Part shown: one piece after another, positions 26,481-39,637 of the stretch
Position numbering within the stretch: the first letter of the stretch is position 1
Layout: every line of letters starts with the position of its first letter
DNA from: Octopus vulgaris
Lineage: Eukaryota
DNA: 64,000 bases
Reading direction: 5' to 3'
Assembly: GCA_951406725.2 (NCBI GenBank)
Contig: OX597816.1
Span: 118,172,001-118,236,000, forward strand
Translations under genes and position numbers: made by a program
The notes under the pieces: generated by a model
What the model saw: only the letters and a program-made list of their open reading frames with translations
Told to the model about the DNA's origin: nothing
Database searches by the model: none

Positions 26481-27898
26481 ACAAAATGTGAGCTAGTGGG
26501 AATACAAAAATTAAAAAGTCAAATGTCTTTCACATAAGGTGTTTCAGTAAAGTTCTGAGATTCCATATTCTAATATTAATATAACTTATTTTGCATTAAT
26601 TCAAGACTTCACATTTTACACAGTGAGATGTAAATGATTAAATGAGCTTTCTTACCAATCATGTACTTAACCTGGGAGGATGAGATGCAGTATTGATGAC
26701 AGTGGAAATTAAAATATAAAATTACAGGAAAGTATGCAAAACATGCAGTAGTATTTATATTAGTAACCATCCTAAGCACTTTCTAACCAATGAACAAGGC
26801 CATAAGTATATTTTCAAAAGGAAGGATTTAGTCAATCAAATTGAACTCAATATTGACTAGCATTTTGTTTTATCTTACACTGTTTATTTTGTCTGCAGTA
26901 ACCACATCTGGTCTTCTTACTTCAATAGTATGGTCACTCCTCATGGGTAAGTCCTATAAGATCTTGAAATTTTCATTTTGCAACAGCCTTTATTATTATT
27001 ATTATTATTATTTAACAATGTCATACTGCTAGAATTTGTTTTTTTTTTTTTTGGAGTCACCTAAAAACACATTCCTGACTAATATATAAGGGTAGTGATG
27101 GGATTTGACTTTGACCAGATCAAGACTTTGAAAGTGAGATGTGTAAAATATTTTATCCAAATACAAAGGAATCTAACTAAATATCATAAGGTATTTTATC
27201 TCTAGTTTAAGCAAAATATTACCATTTTCGCTTTAATAGTAATGATTTCTAACATAGTCACAAGACAAAAGGTTTTCAAGGCAGGTATAATTTGTTTCAC
27301 AATTCTTTTTGTTGATAACCAACCACTACACTATCATCATCATTTAACATCTGTATTCTATGTTGGCATGTGTTGGATGGTTCAACAGGATCTTATTATG
27401 TGCCAAATAAACTGGTGCCTTCAACAAAAATTGTGTTATTTATTATGACTGATTTTCACAAGCACTCCCTTGCCATTCTTGCTATTGGAAATAAAGTGAA
27501 TGATTGGCATGCTATTATCAACAAAAAAGTGATATAAGATTTTTAAAAATAAAATTAATAAGTAATTATTTCTCTTAACTAATATTAAAATATTACATAA
27601 TTCAAGATAACCCAACCTTATAATTCAAATGTTCTGCAGGGGTGGAGGGAGGACATTATCTGACATTTACCTACAAACTGTCAAGTTAGCCTCTACAAAG
27701 TCACTCAACTTTGCAGGCAAATCCCCAGCAAAGTCACACTGTACTATCTTAAATCCTTCAAGGAAGTCTCTATGCTTTCATTCATCCATTTACATATAGC
27801 AATTAAATCTCCTTCAAATAACATGTTATTGATTATTTTTTTTAAGAAAGGACACATTTGACAAAATAGTCCAAGTAAAAAAGCAAATTTTTAAATAG

Positions 27899-28153
27899 TC
27901 GTTTAACATCCACTTTCCATGCTAGCATGGGTTGGCCGATTTTGACTGAGGGCTGGCGAACCAGATGGCTGCACCAGGCTCCAATCTTGATCTGGCAGAG
28001 TTTCTACAGCTGGATGCCCTTCCTAACGCCAACCACTCCGAGAGTGTAGTGGGTGCTTTTTACGTGCCACTGGCACAGGGGGAGGGGGCAGTCAGGTGGT
28101 GCTGGCAACGACAGGTGCCAGTAAGGCAACATTGGTAACGATCACGCTTGAAA
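27899..28153 (-). mobile_element. Family B SINE, 5'-truncated, with a 15-bp TSD
   Basis: caaatttttaaatag at 27884-27898 and 28154-28168; core ctacagctggatgcccttcctaacgccaacc. Confidence 0.85.
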
Positions 28154-28379
28154 CAAATTTTTAAATAGATGGTCAAGGTTGGAAAATGTTTGCTCATAAA
28201 TAAGATTGATCAGGACTGACATGGGAACAAACAGCAACCACATCATCTTTAACAATGTGTATATATGGGTCTTATAACCAGACTAAGACAATGATTGTTA
28301 TCAGTTAGCAAGAATCACCATCAAGCAAATATCATCTTGAAAGAAATGCAGTCAACATTTGAGAGAGCCAGCCACTGGA

Positions 28380-28895
28380 TCGTCGTTTAACATCCGCTTT
28401 CCATAGTAGCATGGGTTGGCCGATTTTGACTGAGGGCTGGGGAACCAGATGGCTGCACCAGGCTCCTATCTTGATCTGGCAGAGTTTCTACAGCTGGATG
28501 CCCTTCCTAACGCCAACCACTCCGAGTGTGTAGTGGGTGCTTTTTACGTGCCACCAGCACAGGGGCCAATCAGGTGGTGCTGGCAACGACCTCGCTTGAA
28601 TCATTTTACACATGCCACCAGCACAGGTGCCAGTAAGGCGATGTTGGTAATGATCATGCTCGAATGGTGCCCTTTTACGTGTCACTGGCACAGAAGCCAG
28701 TTGGCTGCTCTAGCAACGATCACGCTCGGATGGTGCTTTTGGCACCCAACTAGCACAGGCACAAGTGCCAGTAAGGCAACGCTGGTAACGATCACGCTCG
28801 AGTGCCTTTTAAGAGCCTCTGGCACAGAAGCCGGTTAGCTGCTCTGTCAATGATCACGCTCGTATGGTGCTCTTTGCATCCTGCTAGCACGGACA
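28380..28895 (-). mobile_element. Family B SINE with an internal minisatellite
   Basis: Nearly identical to the copy at 27899; contains repeated units of the form gccagt..ggcaacgatcacgctcg..gtgc.tttt. Confidence 0.85.
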
Positions 28896-29504
28896 TAGCT
28901 GAAAAGGGAAGATGAATCCTAGTGAGAGAAGAGATGTACAGGTGTAAAGCCTATATGACAAGAGTGACCTGTATGCCTCCGCAGTTTAAATGGTGGTGAT
29001 GATCCTGAAAAGGAACTTAAGATTGAATACTAATCAGCTGATCCAGTAGATGGAGGCCACACATCAGTGAAAAGCAGGTGAGTAACGCAGCATAAAACCA
29101 TTGAGAGGAAGGCTCCAAAATCATGCATGTTCTCTCCTGATGACTCCTAAAACCTACTGATGTTCAGTATGCAGGACTTTTGATTGACAGCACTCACACA
29201 AACAAGCTGTTTCCAAGTCTCTATGCATATGCATATATGTGTGCATGTGTATGTGTGTGTGTGTATATATATATACACACACACACACACACATATATAT
29301 ACATATATATATATATCATCATCATCATCATTTAACGTCCGTTCTCCATGCTAGCATGGGTTGGACGGTTCGACCGGGGATCTGGGAAGCCAGAAGGCTG
29401 CACCAGGCTCCAGTCTTATCTGGCAGTGTTTCTACAGCTGGATGCCCTTCCTAACGCCAACCACTCCGTGAGTGTAGTGGGTGCTTTATATATATATATA
29501 TACA

Positions 29505-30060
29505 CATATTCTCAAATGTCCAAGAGGATCTTTCAAGATAGTAGACAACTTATTACATTGGTGATCTAATCTAATTAGCAAGTCTGAAAATATAGTTATT
29601 ATAAAACAAACTGGTTGCAGAAAGTTCTGAGAACTATTACCTCTGTCAGTAACAAAAAGCCTTTCCCTTAAAGTAAAAGGCAAATTGTAAGATGCTTGTA
29701 TACAAACAGCAGTACTACATAATAGTGAAATATGGTCAGTGAATGCAAGTGAAGACAAGGAAAAAATGAATGCTCCATAAGATGTGTAATGTCCATATGT
29801 ATGTATGACAAAGAGCAAATGTGTAGAGAGAAAGACTGGACACACAGATGTCTGATATAATGTACAAAAGAAAAGACACCTGCATAAAGTGCAAGTCACC
29901 AAATGTGGATGGAACTTATGAAAGAGGAAGACTCAAGAAGACATGATCATATCAGTGAAGTTTTTGAGCCTCAAAGAGCAGATGACAAAAGGCCATGATG
30001 AGGACAATTCATGGTGCTCATGGAGACCTATCCAGCTCAGCAAAAATGAGTCCTAAAAGC
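29505..30060 (+). mobile_element. Decayed RTE-clade 3' fragment
   Basis: KFXELLPLS..LSLKVKGKL*DACIQTAVLHNSEIW; same family as 23060-23570. Confidence 0.6.
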
Positions 30061-31775
30061 ATATTGTTCCTGTTGATGCTCTCACACCCAATCTCTATCT
30101 GTCAAGAGAGAGAGAGAGAGAGAGAAGAAATGCAATTTAGATAAAATTAGATTAATTTTTTGTAGACAAACTTCCAAGAAATGGATGAATAATAAATGCT
30201 TAAATAATCTCTACTAGGTGCATATTATAAGTCTTGCTTGATAGGATTCATTGATAATGTGTATATCACTTACAATGTATGCACAAACATAGAATGATGC
30301 TAGTTGTAAAATTCAATGCTTTACAATATGTAAAATCATTAGATATTTAAAAAATAAAATAATGAAAAGGTAAATTACTTTTTTTCCTTTTTCTTCAAAT
30401 TAAAAAAATAAAAAAAGATTTTCTACAAAATACTAAATCATAAATTTATAGAACTTCTAAAATTTTATTACAAAATATTGCTTTGGGGTTTATAAGTATC
30501 AACAATGTCACACACCAAATCTAAGTGTTATGCAAATGAAATAATAAATGAAAATTCATTGTTGGAATATTTATTCAAATATTTACATAGAAGATATTTT
30601 TTTTCTTTCTTTGTTTCAATTATTATTATTATTATTATTATTATTTATTTATCAATAGTAATAATGGTTAAAAATGCAGGGTTTGCTTTGTCTCGTCTAC
30701 AATCTAGTTTGGCTAAAGCTTTACCCGAGAATGTAAGCAGTCAGAGTTTACAACTACCGTAATAAAAGACTTCCAACTTAAAAGTCCTTTATTATTCAAA
30801 AATTATTTTATTTTTGTTTTTTCAATTTGTTTTATGAACAGAAAAAAATGTAAAACAAAAAAAATATATATATATAAAAAAACCAATTATAATAAAACAA
30901 TAGAAATAATAGAATCATAATAATGATGACAATAATAATAATAATAACCAATGCCATTCCAGAGTCATTTTGCAGCTTGATCCTAAGATTCAGATCAAAC
31001 TTCCGTTAGCAAGAAAAAAAGAGAGGGGGTTGGGGAGTGGGGGCAGTAGAAGTTCACCTTGTGTATTGATGTTTGGTCAAAACATTAAAAGAAAACACAG
31101 AAAACAGTCAATGACAGATAAGTTAATAAAGACTCCATGGAATCACAATGAATACATATGTGCTTCGTAGTTCACTTACAAAGGGTTTTAAACACATTTA
31201 GCTTCAGACATCGTATAACAACAATAATAATCCTTTCTACTATAGGGCACATGACCTGAAATTTGAAGGGAGGAGACTAGTCGATTATATTGACCCCCAG
31301 TGCTTCACTGGTACTTAATTTATCAACCCTGAAAGGATGAAAGTCAAATTTGACCTCGGCAGAATTTGAACTTAGAACGTAGCGATGGGCAAAATACTGC
31401 TAAGCATTTTGACCAGCATGCTAATGATTTTGCAAGCTCACTGCCTCAATAATAATGATAATTATTAATTTAGGCACTAGGCCACAAATCTAGAAGGGAG
31501 AGGAGTTTGTTGACTTATATCAACTGCTAATACTTGATTGGTACCTTATTTTTATCAATCACAAACATAATAATAATGATGAAAGGTGGATCACAGTTGG
31601 TCTCGGAGAAATAATGGTTTTTAATTTTGGCACAAGGCCAGCAACTTTAAGGGCAGAGTTAAATTAATTACCTCAACCCCAGGAATCAACTGGTACTAAT
31701 TTTATCGACCTTGAAAGGATGAAAGGCAAAGCTGGCCTTGGCAGAATTTGAACTCAGAACATAAGGAGAGTAAAA

Positions 31776-32227
31776 GATTCTAGGTAAATTCCACCATGGT
31801 GCATTCCACCATGGTAAATTTTACCCATAGACAGACTTCCAATAGAAGCTACTTCCACTAATAATCACATTGGTCAGTTTCTTTAGACTGTGGGTCAATA
31901 CTTGTTATTTAATCTGTCCGTCTCTCAAGTCTTAAGAAGAAAGAGAGAGGGAGAGAGAGATTCTAAAGGTGAGATAGAAAATAATCTTTATAATCTAACT
32001 TGAATTGAAATGGAATCACTTGAATGTCCTCTCATTCTTTGTGTGATTGTTCCTTAATTATTTTTTCTCCCTCATATTTTTTGCATTCATTGACATTATT
32101 AATATTATTTTTCATGAATTCCTTTTTTTTTATTTCCATAATATTGTAACCCATATAATAATAATAATTTCACCTATGGTGGAATATACCTATGGTGAAA
32201 TTTACTTGGTGGAATTTACTGGTCACC
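31776..32227. mobile_element. MITE with subterminal repeats, inserted inside a family A SINE
   Basis: gtaaattccaccatggt repeats on the left and inverted ggtggaatttac on the right; TSD-like gagtaaaa / tagtaaaa; SINE sequence resumes at 32228. Confidence 0.6.
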
Positions 32228-35200
32228 TAGTAAAATGCTACTAAGCATTCTGTCCAGTATGTTAATGATTCTGTCAGCTCATCACCTTAAGTTTCAGAGA
32301 AATAATAACTCCTTTTGATTAAGAAGAAGGTCAACTTTTGCAGGAGAAGGGGCTATAATACATTGAACTAATTGCAGCATGGTACTGGCCCTTATTTTAA
32401 CAACTGTCACTCTCACCACACTGTCCAAATGTAAAGTCAGCTTCAGAGAAATCAAGAATAGACAAAATGTACTGGCCAGATTAGAATAATAATGATTGCT
32501 AACATAGGCACAAGATCACAAATTTTGATGGTCCAGTATATAACTATAGTATCAGTTGTAGATTAAAACAGGTCTGTCATTGGTTCCGTGCAATCTTGAT
32601 AGTGGGAATGACAAGGAACTGCCCGTTTCATTTAGGTGGAATAACTACCAGACAATATTTTTGTCTGACACACTAATTGAACTATTTCTTGTTAATGTGT
32701 ATATAGTTTGGCTACACACACAGATGTACGAGTGAGTGGACAAATGGAAGAAAGTGATATTCAACACATTTGGTAGTAGTTACATATAATATTTAATAAC
32801 AGTTTGATCATCAAACAAATCTATCTTGTCAGACTGAAAGAAATGAATTTGGCTTCTACAATCCTTACAGGACTGATTCACTTAATACGTTTATAAAACT
32901 TTAAGTTGCACAGAGCCAAATCCAACTGTTATTAAATATTATATATATATAATAATTCTATCAGAAGAGTGGTGACAGTGCCTTTGAAGTTTCATCAGGC
33001 CAATGATGGCTTGCAGGCTAAAACTTCAAAGTTAATAAACAAAACCTCTATAAAAAGCATTGAGTAATTGTTCAGGTTAACATAAAATTGTTTTTATTAT
33101 AACAACATAAAAGCAAACATTAAAACACACACACAATGTGGTTGTATGGAATTAAGCTTGCTTCGTTGCCATTCTCGAATTTTATTCTTATTGCATGTCA
33201 CCTTAGCAAATTAATTACTGCTGCAGCCCCAAATCAACTGATGCACAGTTAGTGAAAGTAATTGACAGAAATTGCATGGAAGTCAGCCTTATACACACAC
33301 ACACAGACATGTACACAATGGGTTTCAGCACAGTTTCTGTCTAAAAAATTCCACTCAAAAAGCATTGGTCAATGAGACGCTATCATAGCTGAATGCCCAA
33401 GGTGCCCATTTTAACCACATAGCTACCTCTGAATACTGGCCTTCATTCTTATCAACAACCACCAACACAAACACTGTGTGGAAATAAAGAGTAAACTTTG
33501 ATGAAACCTAGAGTTTTCTATTATCTTGATCCAATGATGAAGATAATCATGATAATAATTTCTAACATAGGTACAGAGCCATAAATGTAGAGGGAAGGGT
33601 TACTCAAGTAAATCAGTCTCAATATTTGACTGGTACTTTTACTGGTAAAGAAGAAAGAAAAACAAAGTTGATCTCAGTAGAATTAGAACTCAGTACATAC
33701 AGTATTATAACTAAATGCTGCAAGTATTTTGTCTAATGCTTTACTGATTCTGCCAAAACACTGCCCTGTTACTATAGACAATTGGGTAAAAAGAAAAATT
33801 TAAACATTGTATTCTAGATACAACATTGGTCCCAGTCAAACAGCATTCTGGGTAAAGTATAGCATAAAAATATGATGATAATGATTTTCTCTACTATAGG
33901 TACAGGGCCTGAAATTTTGGAAGAGGGGACTATCTGATTACATCAATGCTGGTGCTCAATTGGTACTTATTTCATTGACCTTGAGAGGAGGAAAGGCAAA
34001 GTCTATCTCGGCAGAATATATAATAATAATAATCTTTTCTATTAAAGACACAAGGCCTGAAATTTTGGGTGAGGGGATAAGTCAATTACATCACACCAGT
34101 GTTCAACTGGTACTTATTTTATCAACCCCAAAAGGTTGAAAGGCAAAGTCGACCTTGGCGGAATATATAATAATAGTAATGATGATTTCTAATACTGACA
34201 CAAAGCCAGACATTTTGTGGGGAGATTGTTTTCACTGACTTTCAGTACTGGATTGATACTTTTAAAGATACTAATTTAAAATATAGCCTACTTAACAGGA
34301 TGTGAAATCAGTTTATGGTTTATTTTTGTTTGATAGCCCCAACAGACATTTTCTTTTGAGAGAGACAGCTAATCCACAAAGCAGAGCTGCAATGTTCAAA
34401 ACAAAAATCTTGATTTTCTTGCTCTCAGCCAAAAACAAAATTGCAAGAGTAGCTTCCCTTTATAATTCACATGGTATTTGTATGTGTATGTATGTGAGAG
34501 ATGTGCAGTGATCAATTGCACTACAAATAATATATTGCTTCCCAAACAAAAACCATCATTTGTTCTGCAGCCAACCAGCCAGTATTTCCCACCATCATGC
34601 ATCAATTTTAAATGAGAGATTTCCAGTGACTCCATGTGAGCCAAGATCTTCCTAAGAACTTGCCCATCTTTGTGAAGAGGAAGTAATCAATATTTTCTAA
34701 AAAGTTAATAATTTCAGTTAAACAAAATATATTTCATGTAACTTAGATAAGTGAAAACATGTATTTGATGGTGAATACCACAACCCACTGGGTACCGCAA
34801 AGGATTTTATCTTCATACAGCACATACAGGTCAAGTCAACTTGACACAGTCTATCCCATTCTATCTTGAATGTACAAGGATTACTGCATTTAGCACAATA
34901 ATTTTATTGTTCTTCAGCTGCATAAAGCAGTGAGCTTGTTGCACACTATGCTTTGTTATTTCTCAACAAGTGAGCTGAGAGGGACAATTTGAGAGTTATG
35001 TGCCTTGGTTACAAATAGAGAAGAGAGCATTAGACAGCACAAGCCAGCACTTCAGTATGATTTAGTGATTCCCTATTATCACACTCTCTTGTGCATATAT
35101 CAACTTGGTAAATAAACAACACAGTCCAGCTGATACTTGAAAGTCTGTAGTTTGTATCTATCTACCTAGATAATCTTTTCTTGAACCAAAAGAGCTCAGA

Positions 35201-36611
35201 TGTAGAATCTTTTTTTCGTCACATATCCAAAACATTAAACAGATAAGACAGTTCAAGTGACCAGACTATTACCAATAACATCTTTAGCTGTCCAGCTATC
35301 TACTTTTCAGCAGGCTAAATAAAACTCATTTAAATACAAATGATGTCAGCACTACGTTTTAAACACTAGACTTCTGTTTATAGATGTAGCTTATAATAAC
35401 TAAGCTACAGTGTCTCTGAGATGGTATACTGGTCAATTCCAGTTAATATTCCAACCTTCCCAAAACTTGTTAGGGAAAGAAATGATGCCAAAGTGGTTAC
35501 AATTGGGCACCAAATTATGCTCTTAGATTTGGTCCACTAGTAGCTTAATAAAATTCACTAGAAGAGAACAGCATTTTTTAGGACAAATAAGAACAATTTA
35601 AGCCTACATTTTAATCTTCCCAATGTTGAAGCAAGTTCACAAGATATGTTTTCAGCTGATTTAATGAATATCTGAAGCAAAGAATAATTAATTAGTGCCA
35701 GAATACCATGGCCAAAATTAATAGTAGAAAAAATTATTATCATCATGGTCTTTAGATTTGTTTAAGTCACATTTGTTAATCCTCACCCACCAGTCATTAA
35801 TAACTCCAAATGGCCCTTAAAACATGAAAAGAAGAGGATAAGCCAATAATCCACCACAACCACTCGAAGAGAAAGATTAAATGTTATTCTAGAGATCCAC
35901 ACTTGAAACCCACCATTCCTAAATGTTTTTGTTACCAGATTTCTGCTGAAGTACACCTTTCTTATTTCAATTAATTTCCGAAATAATGAAGTTATTATTA
36001 AGCTGATGTTTGGAACACAAATTAGCATGACATTTTTAAAAGAAATTCTAATTTAGATTACTTTTGAATCAGGAATTTTGTACCATAGAACCAAGGACAG
36101 TCTTAGGTGGGTTGGTATCAAACGAATTGATAGTACAATAGATAGTCTAGCTAAACAATATACAGAGTTACAGATTAATATTCTGATTGTAGATAATTTT
36201 CAACATACTAGCAATTAAAAATGGAAATAAAATTGAAAAAAAAACATGTAATTTCTTGTTAATAAAAAGACAATACAGTGGAATTGGTGTTTAGAGTTAG
36301 TAAAAAAAATTTTTTTTTTCTCCCTATTATCACACTGTCAGCCATCACTATATGTATAAAAAAAGGAATTAAGCACATATGTGTTCACATGATGAAACCA
36401 CATACCATTGTATCTGTGTGTTTATCTGCAGGTATATATACATATGTGTGTGTGTGTATGTATATATATAACCATCCTTTTATATCCATTTTCCTCATTG
36501 TAGCAGGAGTTAGAGTAAGACAGGTCTTGTGTGTATACATACACACACGTTTGTGTGATGTGTGTATGTTTATATATCTGTGTACATATGTGTGTGCATG
36601 TATAAATATAA

Positions 36612-36642
<31 letters not shown>

Positions 36643-37437
36643 CACACACACATACACACATGTAAAAAGTGATGTGTATAAACGTTTGTGTGTGTGTGTT
36701 TACACACCTAAATTTTCTAAGTTACAAATACAAAATACCTGGCCAGCAAGCATTACAAAGATTAAACATATTTCAAGGCTGGAGAAAGCTTTTTCAAACA
36801 TCTTTATCAATAGAAGTCTGCAGTTTGGTCTCAGTTTCCAATTAGTTGATCCATATCAAACTTGCACAGCAAGATTCATTTTATCATTTTCAGTTAATTT
36901 TACTTCACCCCAATCTCTTTTCTTAAAACAAAAATTTAAACATTTTTGAGATATGCCTCTTTTTTTTTTTAACTTTCTTTTTTCTTGTCCTGGTGAAATT
37001 ATTGTCCATTAATTTATAATCCAAACTTATCCAAATATCAATCCATTCTTTTAACAATGTTTTTATGTTTCTCAGTAAGTGAACATGAGATATCTCCCTG
37101 CAGAACTACATGCAATTAAACCTCTGTTCCTTAAACATAGAAACACACACACACAAACACACATCTATATCCAGATACAGGCATTACACAATGCAGAGAA
37201 CATCACTGAGACACACCGTCCATGAATTCCAGAAGTTCCCTATATAACTATAATTGAAGTGTCCAATTAGCAAACACTGCTTCAGACTAGAGCAAAGGTA
37301 GGAAAGCAAGGACAGTGTAAAACAATGATCAGACAGAGTTGACAATGAAGATGTTGGTTATTACCAAGTTTAGTAGTTGGTATACAATCGCATAATCTGG
37401 CTAGTGTAGTCTCTGTTGTATTATATTAGAAATTATA

Positions 37438-37471
<34 letters not shown>

Positions 37472-37810
37472 GGAATAAAGACCCCCTTCAGTCATGAATG
37501 ACCATGGGATGCACCTAGAAAGTTTGCTTCCAAGGCACAAGTCTGGGCAAGGTTGTTTATGGAAGACCAGCAGTCGCCCATGCATACCAGCTTCCCCTCT
37601 CCACACCACTGATGTTATCCAAGGGAAAGGCAAAGACTTATGCAGCTTGGCACCAGTGATGTCACTACTTATTCCTGCAGCTGGGTGAACTGAAAGCAAC
37701 ATGAAATAAAGTGTCTTGCTCAAGAACACAACACACAGCCCTGTCTGGGAGTCAAACTCACTACCTCATGATCGTGAACCCAACACTCTAACCACTGAGC
37801 TATGCACCTT
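37472..37810 (-). mobile_element. Near full-length tRNA-derived SINE within (TA)n
   Basis: Minus-strand head ggtgcatagctcagtggttagagtgttgg..gtgagtttgactccc followed by gtgttcttgagcaagacacttt. Confidence 0.75.
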
Positions 37811-37994
37811 ACTCTTTTACCATATATATATATATGCACACACACAGTGTTTTATACATTTTTATATCAAAAACACACACTCTCTCTCAAAAGAAATGAT
37901 ATACATATAATTCTCAAATGCATTTATACAAATACACATATACACACACACAGATGAATGCATATATAGATACATTTTTACTCAAACTTATGTT

Positions 37995-38033
<39 letters not shown>

Positions 38034-38443
38034 TGCAAGTGTGTATACTAGCACACATGTACATGTTTCCATATGTGCATGTAACTTTTTAAACATACAT
38101 GTACATACAACATTACAAGTACATGCATTTACACAGTCAAGTAGATAGACAAATAGATATGTATATAATGTTAAATAGACAGATAAATATATGGTAGACC
38201 GACAGATATACGAGCAGACATTTAGTTGTGTATAGAGTAATATCAGTAGTAGTGAAGAACATACTAATAACCCAAGGCTGTTCTACTTTCCAGTTCCACA
38301 TATATATAATATGCATGAAACTGAAGGAGGCTAACTATGAAGGTCCAGAAATGCACTGAACACATTGTATTGTTGCTTGGTGAAAAAACCTTTGCAATAA
38401 AGTCAATGTAATTGAATAACAAACAACAAATACATACACAGTA

Positions 38444-38475
<32 letters not shown>

Positions 38476-38596
38476 AATAATATATATATATATATATATA
38501 TATCGGAGTGGTTGGCGTTAGGAAGGGCATCCAGCTGTAGAAACACTAATTGAAGCCTTATTGACTCCAGTTGAATCCAAATGCTAAAAAAATTAA

Positions 38597-38760
<164 letters not shown>

Positions 38761-39594
38761 GATAAATAAAAATTGTTATAATTGTAACTGCTGAATCACA
38801 GAAGCAAAGATTTTTGTTTTAGTTTTATCTTGTTCAAGTACATGTGTAGAAGAATGGGGAAGGGTTCTTTGAAGGAATTGGAAATTGTTTTAGTCCTTTG
38901 AGGAGGCTTTTTATCCATTGCCTCCAACATTTTCCTTTACCATTTATTTCACTGTCTTTTGTTGTTGCTGTTTTGACATTTTTCTTCTTCATCTGGTTGT
39001 TTTTCTTTTAAATTTATTTATTAGCTCAAAATAAAAAAAAAAACCATGGTGCACCACAGATCATTTATTGTTTATATGGGTCTTTTTTTTTTATATATAT
39101 CAAGAACAACAACAATTTTTTTTTTTTCTGAATGTGAACATTGGTTCGGTGTGTGTTTGTGTGTGTATATGTTGGTGGGGATGAGGCTAAAGCCATTTGA
39201 ACATGTTGCAAACTGACCCTTGCAGAATTGTTGTTTAAGTTGTTTCTCATACAGAGTAAGTGGAAGGAATGGGAACAGTGGGGTACGAAGAGAAAATAGA
39301 GGGAAGAGGAGAAATTAAAAAGGAAAATAAAAGATCAGACCACATCTTTTACCTCTGAGTTTCCATCCCCCAAGACATCCTCTTTTCCCCCACCAGCCAC
39401 CTCTCCCTGCAATTTTTTTTTTAAATACTTTTCATTCATAGTTCTTATTTCTGTTATCTGACTCAGTTCATCTGTAAAATTCTTCAGTGCTCAAGAACTT
39501 TACTTCATAGAGACAAAGACAAAGAGGCCTGCCACATTTAAGCATCATTTTTCTCTCACATTTCAAAAGATTTTCAGTTTCAAATCCATTACAT

Positions 39595-39637
<43 letters not shown>

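Noticed and set aside
28560-28895. Regularly spaced repeats resembling a CRISPR array (also 10120-10290 and 51380-51600)
   Set aside because: Degenerate minisatellite internal to a SINE, with no unique spacers, no cas genes and a eukaryotic context.
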